Positions 24,726 to 37,869 of a stretch of DNA of 64,000 nucleotides are shown one piece after another (position 1 is the stretch's first letter; the number at the start of each line of letters is the position of its first letter). Source of the DNA: Eledone cirrhosa. Lineage: Eukaryota. The position numbers and the translations under genes are program-made. The stretch is taken from positions 20,894,001 to 20,958,000 of the forward strand of contig OZ024764.1 of NCBI GenBank assembly GCA_964016885.1, in the 5' to 3' direction. Under the pieces are notes generated by a model, which was not told where the DNA came from, made no database searches, and was given only the letters and a program-made list of their open reading frames with translations.

Positions 24726-25665
24726 CTATGTTAGTCAGCACATTCTTCACCAAGGAAGGCCTTAGTATTTATTACAGTCCATTTATATATATAGAAATAT
24801 TATATGAAATTTGTACTGATGTATTACAAGTTTCTGAGTATCTTATAATGTTCTTTTATTATTTCAGAATACCAGAGGACATTGGCATTAAAGAGCACGT
24901 TACATCAGACATATCCTCAACATTAACCATTTCTAATGAAAGACACTACCCATCATTTTCAAATAATTTTGAAAACACTCAACACTTTGAAGGGATTTAG
25001 TAATATAACTAAATTTCTCAGTATTAAGCTGCTATTTGGAACATAACTTTGCACAATTTCATGAACTTACAATGGAAAGTTTTTAGATAAATATAAAGAC
25101 TGGTATGAAAAGGATAAAACACTTTTATATCAGTTGTTTCATCAACACCATTATTTAAAGACTAAAGGAAGCTGTTATACAGAACAGATACAACCTTGTT
25201 TATATAAATCTATGGGAGAAATACTGTGAAATATTTCTTGTAAACTCAATAACACTTCTATTCTTTGCTGTCTGGAATATGTAGAAGATACAAAATAAAG
25301 CAGAAGAAATTTACACATGATTTTGTAAGATCTTCATATATTGACAAAGATGATAGTTGATGGAAGTACAGGAGTAGAAATATTTCCATTATTACAGGAA
25401 TAACTAATCAAATAAAAACCAGAAAAATTAGATTCTTCACTGTCTGGAATATGTACAAGATGATTTTATATGTATATTAAACTTGAAGAGATCTACAAAA
25501 CAGTTTGTATCATCTTTAAATATAAAGAAAGACCAAAGTTGATAGAAATATATCTGGAGGAATATGTTTTAGGAATAATATTATAAACATAAAGAAGAAA
25601 AATATCCATATATTGCGAGGGGAAAAATATTAAAACTGAATTATGTGAGAAACTGAGGTGATTGA

Positions 25666-26463
<798 letters not shown>

Positions 26464-27119
26464 CTGTATCAATATCAAACTCATTACATCATACTACAAC
26501 AACAACAACAATTGTGTAGATACATCATCCTGGCTAAAACTGGGGATAACCTTGTAGGTTTTACCTAGGACAGGGATCATAAACACCAGGTTTCCATTTT
26601 TGAAGTAGTGTTTGAAGATTTTGTGTAAATTCAAGTTTTTCACATTAAACTTTGATTTATTATACTTTAACAGGTAAGATATATATTTGTATTTTCAGTA
26701 AAGGTTGGGAACTTCTGTAATTTAAACCTGCCAATAAAATGAAAACTTTTGTTGTTGCTAGTCAGACATTGATATTAATTCTATTGTCCTGTACATTGTC
26801 TCACATATCACAGATTAAACAGATTTTAACTATAACAACAGAAATCAATAACTTGTAAGCCTAATATCTAGCTTCCATTTTAACTATTTGATATTGTTGT
26901 TCCCCTCCTGTCTCTTCAGGTCTTTTAGATTTCAACTTCTATCTACTGTACTATTCCATCACCAAGTCAACATTCATCTGGCTGGCAGCTTACATCAACT
27001 ACAGATCTCATCAGTGGTGCACAACAGGCTGTCTGAAAGAAACTTCCAGATATCTTCTATGTCATAGCTATCAATCTCCTCCTCCTTATCATATGTATCA
27101 TGTAGAACATCTCTGAATT

Positions 27120-27850
27120 TATATTTAACAGGGAGATCTTTTACTGTCCCTACCCTTTTCTCTAGGTTGTGTTGTACCTCTCTCACAGTCCCTGTAGATC
27201 TTATATTTAACAGGGAGATCTTTTACTGTCCCTACCCTTTTCTTTAGGTTATCTTGTACCTCTCTCACAGTCCCTGTAGATCTTATATTTAACAGGGAGA
27301 TCTTTTACTGTCCCTACCCTTTTCTCTAGGTTGTCTTGTACCTCTCTCACAGTCCCTCCAGATCTTATATTTAACAGGGAGATCTTTTACTGTCCCTACC
27401 CTTTTCTTTAGGTTATCTTGTACCTCTCTCACAGTCCCTGTAGATCTTATATTTAACAGGGAGATCTTTTACTGTCCCTACCCTTTTCTCTAGGTTGTCT
27501 TGTACCAGTCTCACAGTCCCTCCAGATCTTATATTTAACAGGGAGATCTTTTACTGTCCCTACCCTTTTCTTTAGGTTATCTTGTACCTCTCTCACAGTC
27601 CCTGTAGATCTTATATTTAACAGGGAGATCTTTTACTGTCCCTACCCTTTTCTCTAGGTTGTCTTGTACCTCTCACAATCCCTGTAGATCTTATATTTAA
27701 CAGGGAGATCTTTTACTGTCCCTACCCTTTTCTCTAGCTGGTGTTGTACCTCTCTCACCGTCCCTGTAGATCTTATATTTAACAGGGAGATCTTTTACTC
27801 TCCAACCCTTCTTTCTACAGATAGTCTTGTATCTGTCAGTCCCTCTAGAT
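27120..27850 (+). repeat. 82-bp minisatellite, about 9 copies
   Basis: atatttaacaggg recurs at 27121, 27203, 27285 and onward. Confidence 0.93.
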
Positions 27851-28144
27851 ATTACACCTAGTATCTAGTCTATGTTGAGTGGTACGTCCTTCTCCAGTAA
27901 AGGAGTTAATATTCCCAACCATCTGTCTATCCTGTTTTCTGATGAGAATGAAGTCAATCTAGTTTATCTCTTCACCTGATTGAAGTAACTAGAACAAGTA
28001 ACTAGATGTTTTCCTGTAAGTTAGTGTTGCAGTGTTTGTGTCACCATGTAAGGTTTATATTTATTAATATAGAGATGTAGTAAAGCTTTCACTGTTGTAT
28101 CTCTACTTTCTAAATATCTTAATAATGTTTCTCTACTATTTCAG

Positions 28145-28585
28145 AATATCACATGACTTTGACAGAAAAGAGTCTTTTAAAGACAACAGAAAGATGTTAC
28201 ATACAAGTGATATAAACTTGTTTAGTCTGTGGTGAATTATGGTGAAATATTTCTTCTGAATTGAGATAAATAACAACATTTTTCTTTTTCACTGTCTGGA
28301 ATATTTACAAGATGATTTTACATTCTGATTAAACTTTGGATATTTACAAAGGAGTTTTCAAAATATTGGATATTGACAAAGATCACATTTGATAAAATTA
28401 TGAACAATAGAAATATTTACATCAACATAGGAATATTTTCCAGTAGAGATGGGAAAATCATTATACCACTGTAATATTTGTGGTAAAGTATTCTCTCTTC
28501 TTCATATGTAGAACATCTAACTAAACACTTTAACTAACAAACTATTGTGCTATAGAATTGACAAACTTGAAGAATGTTTAATAAA
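28145..28585 (+). pseudogene. Relic ZNF exon with the mini-ORF MGKSLYHCNICGKVFSLLHM (28449-28511)
   Basis: Acceptor ctatttcag| at 28144, a half finger, and AATAAA at 28580. Confidence 0.7.
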
Positions 28586-28639
28586 TGTTACAGATTTCTC
28601 CAAACTGTCGTTTACTAACTTTAATTTGAAGCTATATTA

Positions 28640-29011
28640 TCTATATACTACTAAAACTCTGTGATCGTGTCTTGTCTGTAATTTAATACAGCTAAAACAG
28701 TGCATAATGGGGAAATACTTTGAAAAGAATAAAACAAGTTTTGTATAAATTGGAGCACAGGTTCCCAAGATACGGGGTTTTCTGAGTACCTTGATAAATA
28801 TAGGGAGAGAAAGAGATAGTGGTTGTGAGAGTGAGGAGACAGATGGAAGAGAGAGTGAGAGCTGGTGGTGTTTAATAAAATATGTGTGTGTGTATATATG
28901 TATATATATATATACGTATGTGTATATTTTAACTATTTAAAAACTATTTTAAAATGATATTTAAAAAATAGTTTTAAGGGAACGTGACAGAACAGGTCCC
29001 AGGTCGTCTAG
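28640..29011 (+). mobile_element. Non-autonomous Helitron (copy 2)
   Basis: A|TC...CTAG|T termini, homologous to 11607-11999. The hairpin is degraded. Confidence 0.68.
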
Positions 29012-29415
29012 TTTGTTACTAAATACTAGATATTAGAGGGTCATGTTCTAGATGGGCTGGAAGAGCTATTCCATCTCGTGAGGCTCACACCAGCAGCTAG
29101 CCACCTCAGCACCTATGGTGGTATATTTATTATATTATTTATTCTTTATCATTAATATTAATATAAAAGATAATTATATATTTTTAGAGAAGAACCTCTA
29201 ACTTCATATAGCTTAGGGCTTCAGTAGGTAAAAGTCTGCCCCTGCTTGTCTTGTATTTTTTAGGGGAGAAGTTAGGGAATACTGTTATTGTGTGAAAGTT
29301 TTCTAAATCTTCTTCAGCCACTAACATGGAGAATATATTTCAGTAAGAAGGTTCACATCCTGACATCTATAGCTGTTAACAATGAGATTGGAATTCATTA
29401 TTAAACAAATGTTAT

Positions 29416-29935
29416 ATCATCATCACTGTTTTACATCATTTTTTCCATGCTGGCATGGGTTAGACGAGTTATCCTGTTGTAAGCAATGCCAGGTCAGGTG
29501 ACCACGTGTTGCTCCTACAGAACCAATTTTGGTTTGGTTTCTACAGCTGGATGACCTTCCTAGCACCAACCTTATTTACATTGAGTACTGGGTGCTTTTT
29601 ACCATCTCACCAACTCGACCACTTCACAGTGTGGGCTGGGTACTTTTTAACTTTTTGTCATGATACCTACAGTACCATTTTACAGTGAGTACTGGGTACT
29701 TTCTGTTGTGACTCCTACTTGACCACTTTACAGTGAGTACTGAGTACTTTGTCATGACACCTACAGTACCACTTTACAGTGAGTACTGGGTACTTTATGT
29801 CATGACACCTACAGTACCACTTTACAGTGAGTACTGGGTACTTTATGTCATGACACCTACAGTACCACTTTACAGTGTGGACTGGATACTTTTTGTTGTG
29901 ACACCTACACGACCTCTTTACAGTGTTGGCAGTGA
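29416..29935 (-). repeat. Old SINE copy with ~47-bp tandem repeats
   Basis: Homologous to 12322-13035. Confidence 0.68.
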
Positions 29936-30039
29936 AATATCTAATGCACCAGCTTCAGTAATCAGAAGATCGCTGTTTTCTATATTATAATTTTATAATA
30001 TACATATACACACACAAACACAAATATATATATATATAG

Positions 30040-32799
30040 ATGTGTGCTGCGTGCAAGAGGTGAGATGGAGAGGTGCCTCTGCGAGACTAGTCGTAGGCAA
30101 ACATCTTAGCTATAAGCTTTTCTGGGTAGGTAAGGATGATGGGTTAGGGGGAGTAGGCATTTTCCTGGCTGAGAGATGGATCAATAAGACAATAGAGGTA
30201 GTTCGAGTTAGTAATAGAATAAGCTTAGGTTAGTTGTAGGCAGGAGACTACTGACAATCATCTCTGCCTATGACAGAGGACGGAGACATCATTATGCTAG
30301 TAGGGGACTTCAATGGTCATGTTGGACAGCTCCAGGATGGTTATACTGGGGTACATGGTGGGCACGGTTACGGCTCAAGAAATGAAGAAGGAGTGAGACT
30401 TCTTGAATTTTGTGATGCAGGTACATTGACTATTTGCAACACAAACTTCCAGAAACCTGCCAATCACCTAATAACCTACAAATCGGGCGAGCACATAAGC
30501 CAGATTGACTTCTTACTAGTTAGGCAGCGGGACAGGCAGATCGTGTCTAATACCATGGCATACCCTGGGGAAGAATGTACCCCACAGCATAGGTTAGTTG
30601 TTAGTGATATCTCAGTAAGCAAAAGATGGAATGAGACATACAGGAAGGTGTGGAGAAGAAAGGTCTGGAAGCTAAAAGAGCTTTAACTAAAATACAAATT
30701 TAGGAAAGCCCTTCAAGATGTATATGACGAAAAAGAAGACGATTTAGAGACGTATGACATAGATAACAACTGGAATTTCTTGCGTGACAACTTACTGCAG
30801 GCTACTGATGAAACTTCTGGCTGGAACAGAGCTCCAACCAGACAGAGAGTGACCTGGTGGTGGAACAGCACAGTAGATAAGGCCATTAGAGACAAAAGGC
30901 TAGCATGGAAGGCTTGGAAAAAGGGTGGGAGTAGGGAAGAATATACAGCCACTAAGAGAGAAGCTAGACGTCAGGTGTACTTAGCACGCAGGGAGACTGA
31001 GAGTAGGAGGTTTGCCAATGTTCTGCGACGGGAAGATCAGGGTCAATGCAAATCAGGATGTTGTTGGAGATAAATGTGTCCGGGATGATGCTGGTGTACT
31101 TAGTGTCACGAATGATCAGAAAGAGGAGGCCTGGAAATGTCATTATGAGAGACTGATGAATGTGGAGAACGAATGGGGGAGAGAGAAATTACCCTTAGTA
31201 GATCCGATAGAGGGACCAGCTATTGAGATTGATGAATATAGGGTCCAAGAGGCGATTAAGGAAATGAAAAATGGTAAGGCTGCTGGACCATCGGGAATAG
31301 TTGCTGAGATGCTGAAGGCATCAGGGGACGTAGACACTAAACTGGTTGCACACATCATTAATCAGGCTATATATGGTGGTGTCATACCCAAAGACTGGTG
31401 CAGCAGTATTCTCATAAATTGCTACAAGGGTAAAGGGGATGCTCTGGAGAGGAGCAATCATAGGGGTATAAAACTGATGGATCAGGTTATGAAAGTGGCA
31501 GAAAGGATATTAGCACAACTAATTAGAGAAAGGGTCAAACTAGATGAGATGCAGTTTGGTTTTGTGCCTGGGAAGAGTACAACCGATGCCCTCTTCTTGG
31601 TGAGACAATTGCAAGAGAGGTTCTTAGAGAAAAATAAGCCACTCTACTTAGCCTTAGAGAAGACCTTTGATAGGGTACCCCGATCTGTCATCTGGTGGTC
31701 CCTAAGGAAACTAGGTGTTGAGGAATGGCTTGTGAGGACAGTGCAAGCTATGTACAAGTAGGAGTACATCAACGTTCGGTCCTCAGTCCGCTCTTGTTCA
31801 TTATAGTCCTCCAAGTCATAACAGAGGAGTTTAAGACTGGCTGCCCATGGGAACTTCTCTATGCTGACGATCTGGTTCTTATAGCAGAATCAGTAGAGGA
31901 GCTAGAGAATAAATTCTGGCTTTGGAAACAGCAAGAGGACTGAGAGTGAACCTAGCTATGACAAAAGTGTTGATGAGTAGAAAAGAGGACAAAACTCTGA
32001 TTCTATTAGGGAAATGGCCATGTTCGATATGCAGAAAAGGAACTGGCATAAATTCTATAAAATGCACACAATGCAGATCCTGGGTACACGAGATGTAGCG
32101 GGATAGCAGGCAAACTAACAGGTAGGGAGAAATACGTATGCAGTAGATGTACAGGGAAATTAGACAGTAGAAGTCGCATTGATAGACACAGTTTTCAAAT
32201 GCAGGAAGGCGCTATAGAAGTGGTGGATAGCTTCCAGTACCTAGGAGATCAGATTAGCATGGGAGGAGGGTGTTCCGAGGCCATAGTAACTAGAATAAGG
32301 ACGGGTTGGAAGACGTTTAGGGAGCTGCTTCCTCTGCTGACGAAGAAAGGCCGGTTGTATGATGCCTGTGTGAGCACCGCAATGCTGCATGGTAGTGAGA
32401 CATGGGCAGCAACTTCAGAAATGAGACATCCGTTGGATGTGCAGTGTAAATGTGCGTGAACGACCCAGCATGAATGTGTTGAGAGAGAAACTGTGTCTGA
32501 GATGGATAGAATGTAGTGTACGGGGGAAAAGACTGAGGTGGTATGGACATGTGATGCGCATGGAGGATGACCGATGGGTGAAGAAGTGCCAGGAAATGAC
32601 AGTTGAAGGAAGACGTGGTAGAGGTAGACCACGAAAAACATGGGCGGAGGTGGTTAGAACAGACCTCACATCGTTGAAGCTCACGGTGGAGATGACGAAG
32701 GACCGTGATGAGTGGAGAGATGCTGTGCTGAATAAGACCCGTCCCACCCTTGCGAGCAGGGAATAGCGGACGTAAAATGATGATAATGATGATGATGAT
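30040..32799 (+). mobile_element. RTE-clade LINE, pseudogenised and 5'-truncated
   Basis: APE motifs VQEVRW, GDFNGHVG and QIDFLLV, RT motifs QFGF and LYADD, a Cys-rich insert, and WYGHVMRM..GRRGRGRPRKTW. It has a (TGA)n tail and several stops and frameshifts. Confidence 0.92.
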
Positions 32800-32800
32800 A

Positions 32801-34379
32801 CAGTGGTACCTTGACTTACGAGTGTCCCAACTAATCGGCTGATTTTTTGCGTTGAGTTCCAGGGTAAAATTCGGGTTGCGAGTCAGCTTCAGATGCCCCG
32901 CCACTAGTTGGCATAGCGACCGCCACAGGGAATACCATAACACCCGCCCAGCATCCCATGGCTTCGAAGAAAGTGAGGGCGAAGGACAGTTCTGAGAAGA
33001 AGAAGCAGATGATGTGTATTGAATTAAAGAAAGAAATTATAGAAAAACATGACCAAGGTGTGTGTAGTGGACTTGGTGAAGTAGTACGAGTGATGAAACA
33101 GAACTTTTTTGGAAGAAGATGCCACGGAGGACTTATATAATGGCAGAGGAGAAGAGGATGCCTGGCCACAAACCCATAAAGGATAGGCTAACCCTCGCAC
33201 TGTGCCAATGTGAGCGGTGACTGTAAGATTAAGTTGCCGCTCGTTTATCATTCAGACAATTCCAGAGTCTGAAAGAAAAATTGCAGGTTATGTGGAGGGC
33301 AAACCCGAGGACATGGGTCACAAGGCAGTTCTTTGTGGAGTGGGTGAATTTGGTCTTTGGTCCTGACGTTAAAAAATATCTCCAGGAAAATAACCTACCC
33401 CTGCAAACCTTCTTGTTTTGGACAATACACCTGCTCACCCACCTAACCTCGAAGAGTTCAAGTTTATAAAGGTCCTCTACCTTCCACCAAACACCACCCC
33501 TAACCTACAGACCAAGGACCAGCAGGTACTTTCTAATTTCAAGAAGCTCTTCACCAAGCACCTGTTCAGTCGCTGCTTTGAAGTGACGGAGAGCACAAAC
33601 TTCACCCTTGAGAGGTCTGGAAGGACCATTGTAACATCGTGATATGCCTCAGAATTATCGATATGAACTGGCAGGGTCTTACAAAGAGGACCTTGACCTC
33701 TACATGGAAGAAGCTGTGGCCTGAAGTTGTGTTTAAAACAGACTTTGAAAGACTGGAAGCGAAGCGGCAGTGGTGGAGGAGATTGTACCCCTCGGTAAGT
33801 CCATGGGCCTGGACATGGATGAAGGTGACATCAACGAGCTCATCGAGGAGCACTCCGAGGAGATGACAACGAAGGAATTAAAGGAGCTACAGACACAGCA
33901 ACACACGGAGTTTTTGCAGGAAATTGGTGACACAGAGGAGGTTATCTCAACAAGTGAGATGAAACAAACCTTATTAGACAGGTTTTTATTGAAAATCCCT
34001 GCAGATAAAAGTGAGGAACGCGTGGCGAAAAGGGCAAAAATCAGCGAATAAGATTCAGTTATTCAGTTCATCCTTTCTCCTCCGTCAACATCCTCAAGTC
34101 GTCTGATCTCCAAGATAGATGCTGTACATTATACTTAATAAAACCAGTTTATTGTAGTACATTCTATTGTATTGTTTTTTATATACAATATTTGTCTTTT
34201 ATAAGTACATTTTTCTTATTTAAAAACACGTAACAAAACAAACTGTGGTTTTGGGGGTCTGGAACGGATTAACGGCATTTTAATTTATTTCAGTGGGGAA
34301 AATTGATTTGACACATGAGTAATTTAAGTTACGAGGTCCTCCACGGAACAAATTAAACTCATAAGTCAAGGTACAACAG
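32801..34379 (+). mobile_element. Tigger/pogo DNA transposon, internally deleted
   Basis: TA|CAGTGGTACCTTGACTTACGAGT and the matching right end ACTCATAAGTCAAGGTACAACAG. Fragments include IELKKEIIEK and DNTPAHP..LPPNTT. Confidence 0.88.
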
Positions 34380-34410
34380 TGTGTGTGTATATATATATAT
34401 ATGAAGGAAC

Positions 34411-34575
34411 GATCGACTTTCGTCAAATCGGACCGAGGAAGCAATGTTTCCATTGGTCTTTCCAATTGCTAGTACTATCGGTCGCAATTCCAGGTAGAAG
34501 GAACAACGTGAAATAAAGTGTCTTGCTCAAGGTCATAACGCATCGCCTGGTCCAGGAATCGAACTCACAACCTCA
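34411..34575 (-). mobile_element. 5'-truncated CORE-type SINE
   Basis: Reverse-complement match to 17091-17260. Confidence 0.8.
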
Positions 34576-36518
34576 AGATATATATATATATATAAATGAA
34601 GAATATAGAAATTATTGTAGCAAAAAGCCAACAGTATTCCATTTCATTTCATTTCATTTGAGTTTGAGTCCATGCTCAGGCCAAGTCGAAGACTCCACCC
34701 ATTATATATATATATATAGTATAAAAGAGAAAACACAGGTAAGCATTAAGAGAAGGATTTTATCCAGGTATTTACGACCGTTTCATTGGTAAGTGCAACC
34801 TTATATTTCTATCCTGCAAATAGCAGCCACTCAATTATAATTGTTGTTCACAGTCCAAATTTTCAAAATAATAAGTTACTCTTGAAATAATTCTTAATAT
34901 ATAGAGAAAAACATTTATTTGGAATTGTATTTACTAGTATAGAGAGAGAGGAATCAGAAGGTGAGGGGACAGACGGAATAGTATAGAGAGAGAGGAAGGG
35001 GGAAGAGGTAGGAAGTAGAGTGACAAATGGAGGGAGGGGTAGAGGTGGCAGGATTCTTTGGTCAGTTTTGATAGCAGACTTCATGTCGTGGAATGTAGTG
35101 AGTTAAAGAGAATTAAATTGATCATTTTTGGAGGGATGGATATATATATATAGTTAAATATTAGACAGGAACAAAAAACAGAGGCAGTGCAAATGGTAGT
35201 TTATACCGAGAGAGAGACAGACAAACACATCTATACCCTTACTACAGTAAAACATAAAACATATGTAAGGGGAGACAACTCTCGTTACATCCCCCCTTCT
35301 TTTTGATATACGTCCTTTACATACTTTGTTCAATGGAATCTGCTTTATTTTGTGTCCTAAGTAGATTTCTGTTTAAGTATTTACGAGATTCACAATGATT
35401 CACGTAACCAAGTTACTTACATAGTGACATATTTCACATAGAATCACAACAAATGAAAATATTAAGTCAACACTCTGTCAATCAGTCTCACGTCACATGG
35501 GGTGCCTGAGTCTCCCTCTAATACTTTCTGAGACAGTCTTACCTCGAGTGATAGCAAGGCTAAGATGTTGGAACTACCAAACACCCTCTTATGTATCACC
35601 TGACACCTCGGTAAGGAGAGCTGCCAACGATAACAAGAACCTCGTTGTCAGGGACCTATCTCCTCCAAACTTCTCCAACACCACAGACTAGAATATTCTA
35701 CTCTTTATTCCCTATCAAATATATTTCAGTCTAGTCATTTGTCTTGTATCTTGTATATATATTTTCAAAACTAACTGTCACATTTGTGAGACCCCAGTTA
35801 GTGATGTTTTCGTCTCCCTCCCACATCCTACATGCTGTAGTAAAAGTGAGGGTCACTGCTTCTGTAGACGAACGAAATAAAAGCTAAACTACCAGTAATT
35901 ATCGGCAAAGTATTTATTCCAGTCTGTGATGTTTGAGAAGCTGGGCTGGTGACAACGAAGTTGTTGTCACTGTTGGCGGCTGGCTTTACCGAAGTACCCG
36001 ATGACTCTTGTGAGGGTACTTAGCTGTTCTGGCGGTTTAGCCTCCACATGACCCGATCTTACCGAAGTACCCGGTGATCTCTGTCAGCGTACTTAGCTGT
36101 TCTGGCGGTTTAGCCCCCCATATGACCCGATCTTACCGAGATACCCGGTGATCTCTGTCAGGGTACTCGATTGATCCAGCTCCCTACTATTTCTACCAAC
36201 AGGTTATATAGAGGTATCAAGTGATACTCTTTTCAAGTCAAGACCTCCTCTGCTGTCCTCTGTCTTCCAACTGCCCTGTTATTCTACAGACTCACGAAAG
36301 TGGACACCATCTGAAGGAGAGAGTGGTTGGTGTAGTGGTCATCGCTGGCTATTGTCCGAGTGACACAGGTAAAATACACTACCTAGACTGAGGTGAATCG
36401 TCTACCGTCCATTCTTCCCCACCAACACCTTACTTTCTCTATTTTAATTACATTTACTGTTTTCAACTTCATTTTTTTTATTACAAACTTTACATAATTT
36501 AATTCGGTAAAAATATTT

Positions 36519-36652
36519 TTACGTCACGAAAAAAACATTGAAGCATGCGCAGTGGTGCAGTTGTCGACTTCCTGTCCACGTGTTAGTCTTCCTACAACAA
36601 CATTTAGAAAACATTTCTGTAAATACTAAACACCTGAGACTATAATGTAAGT
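36519..36652 (+). promoter_or_regulatory. Putative promoter and exon 1 of ZNF gene 3
   Basis: Same motif cluster, with the donor GTAAGT at 36647. Confidence 0.65.
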
Positions 36653-37869
36653 ATTATGTCTATTAATATTGTAGATTTAAGCTCACTTTTCACATCACAA
36701 ATATATATTTTCTTGTTTGTTTCATTACTGGAAATATAAAATGTTATCGTAATTATCTATATTTTACCTACCTCTAATTAATTAAAGTGAAAACTTTTGT
36801 TGTTGCTGAAAAATAAATTAACAAAACTAAATATTTAAATATTCTAAAGGTCGTTTTTATATTATGTGATGATATAATTAATATATTTTATTACAATTGT
36901 ATAAATTTACAGTAGAATAACGTTGTAAATATGTTTTAAATATATACATAAATAACATAAGTGTGTAAATAACATTATAAATTGCTGGCAATTCCTTGAG
37001 AAAGACATTACAAATATATTGTCTAAACTGTGTATAATAATATAATTTATTGAACAATAATGATAAAGGAAAGAAAAACACAGTGGGAGATGGCAATTGA
37101 CCACCAAACGAGGTAAACATTTTCAACTTTCCCCCTTTTTTTGCTTTGTCCGAGACAACTCAAAATATTCTTCAAGGAACAGGATTTTCCATTCGGTTGG
37201 ATCGAACGGATTTTACCATTTATAATCTACGGAGAGGAATAACAGATGTTCGGAGGAAAAAAGAATTGTTTGTGGCAACAACGTAGGGAACCAACCTGGA
37301 GCAATTGTATCACACAATTATACTTTCCTCCTTAACATACACTTACAATTTTTCAAAATCAAACCCCCCAAATATAAAATATAAATAATTATAAATGGCG
37401 AGGAACCATCCCATCTCCCTCTTGAAATAACCTGAATCTATTTATAGTCAGGTGTGACTGAAAGGTCAATCCATACTTCCATTCTATTTCACAGAATTAG
37501 AAGCTTTGACCACTTGATAGAATTCAGGTCCAGTAATGTAATCACTCCGTAATTGTAAACATCTTGTATCACTATCATTCAGGTTTTGATTTTACTTAAG
37601 TCTTGCCCATGTTTTTTTTTTTTTTTCTTTTTTACACAAACTCACAATTTCGGTTTTTACTGCGGATTTACCCATGCGAACTATTACACAAACTCACAGC
37701 CTTAGATTTTGTATTTCTAGCGTTTTTATTTTCCTTCTCTTTGCATGTTCAGTGCTCTTTCTCTCCCACTGTATTTATCTGCCTCTCACATGACCACACT
37801 CCTCTCTACGCACTCATCATCTTCTCACTCCTTCTCCACCTTCCCTCCCTCCCCTTGCTCAACCCTTAC

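Noticed and set aside
24728-25000. 90-aa ORF upstream of ZNF gene 2 (also 40680-40952)
   Set aside because: It spans the intron-exon boundary, ends before the ZNF frame and has no recognisable domain.
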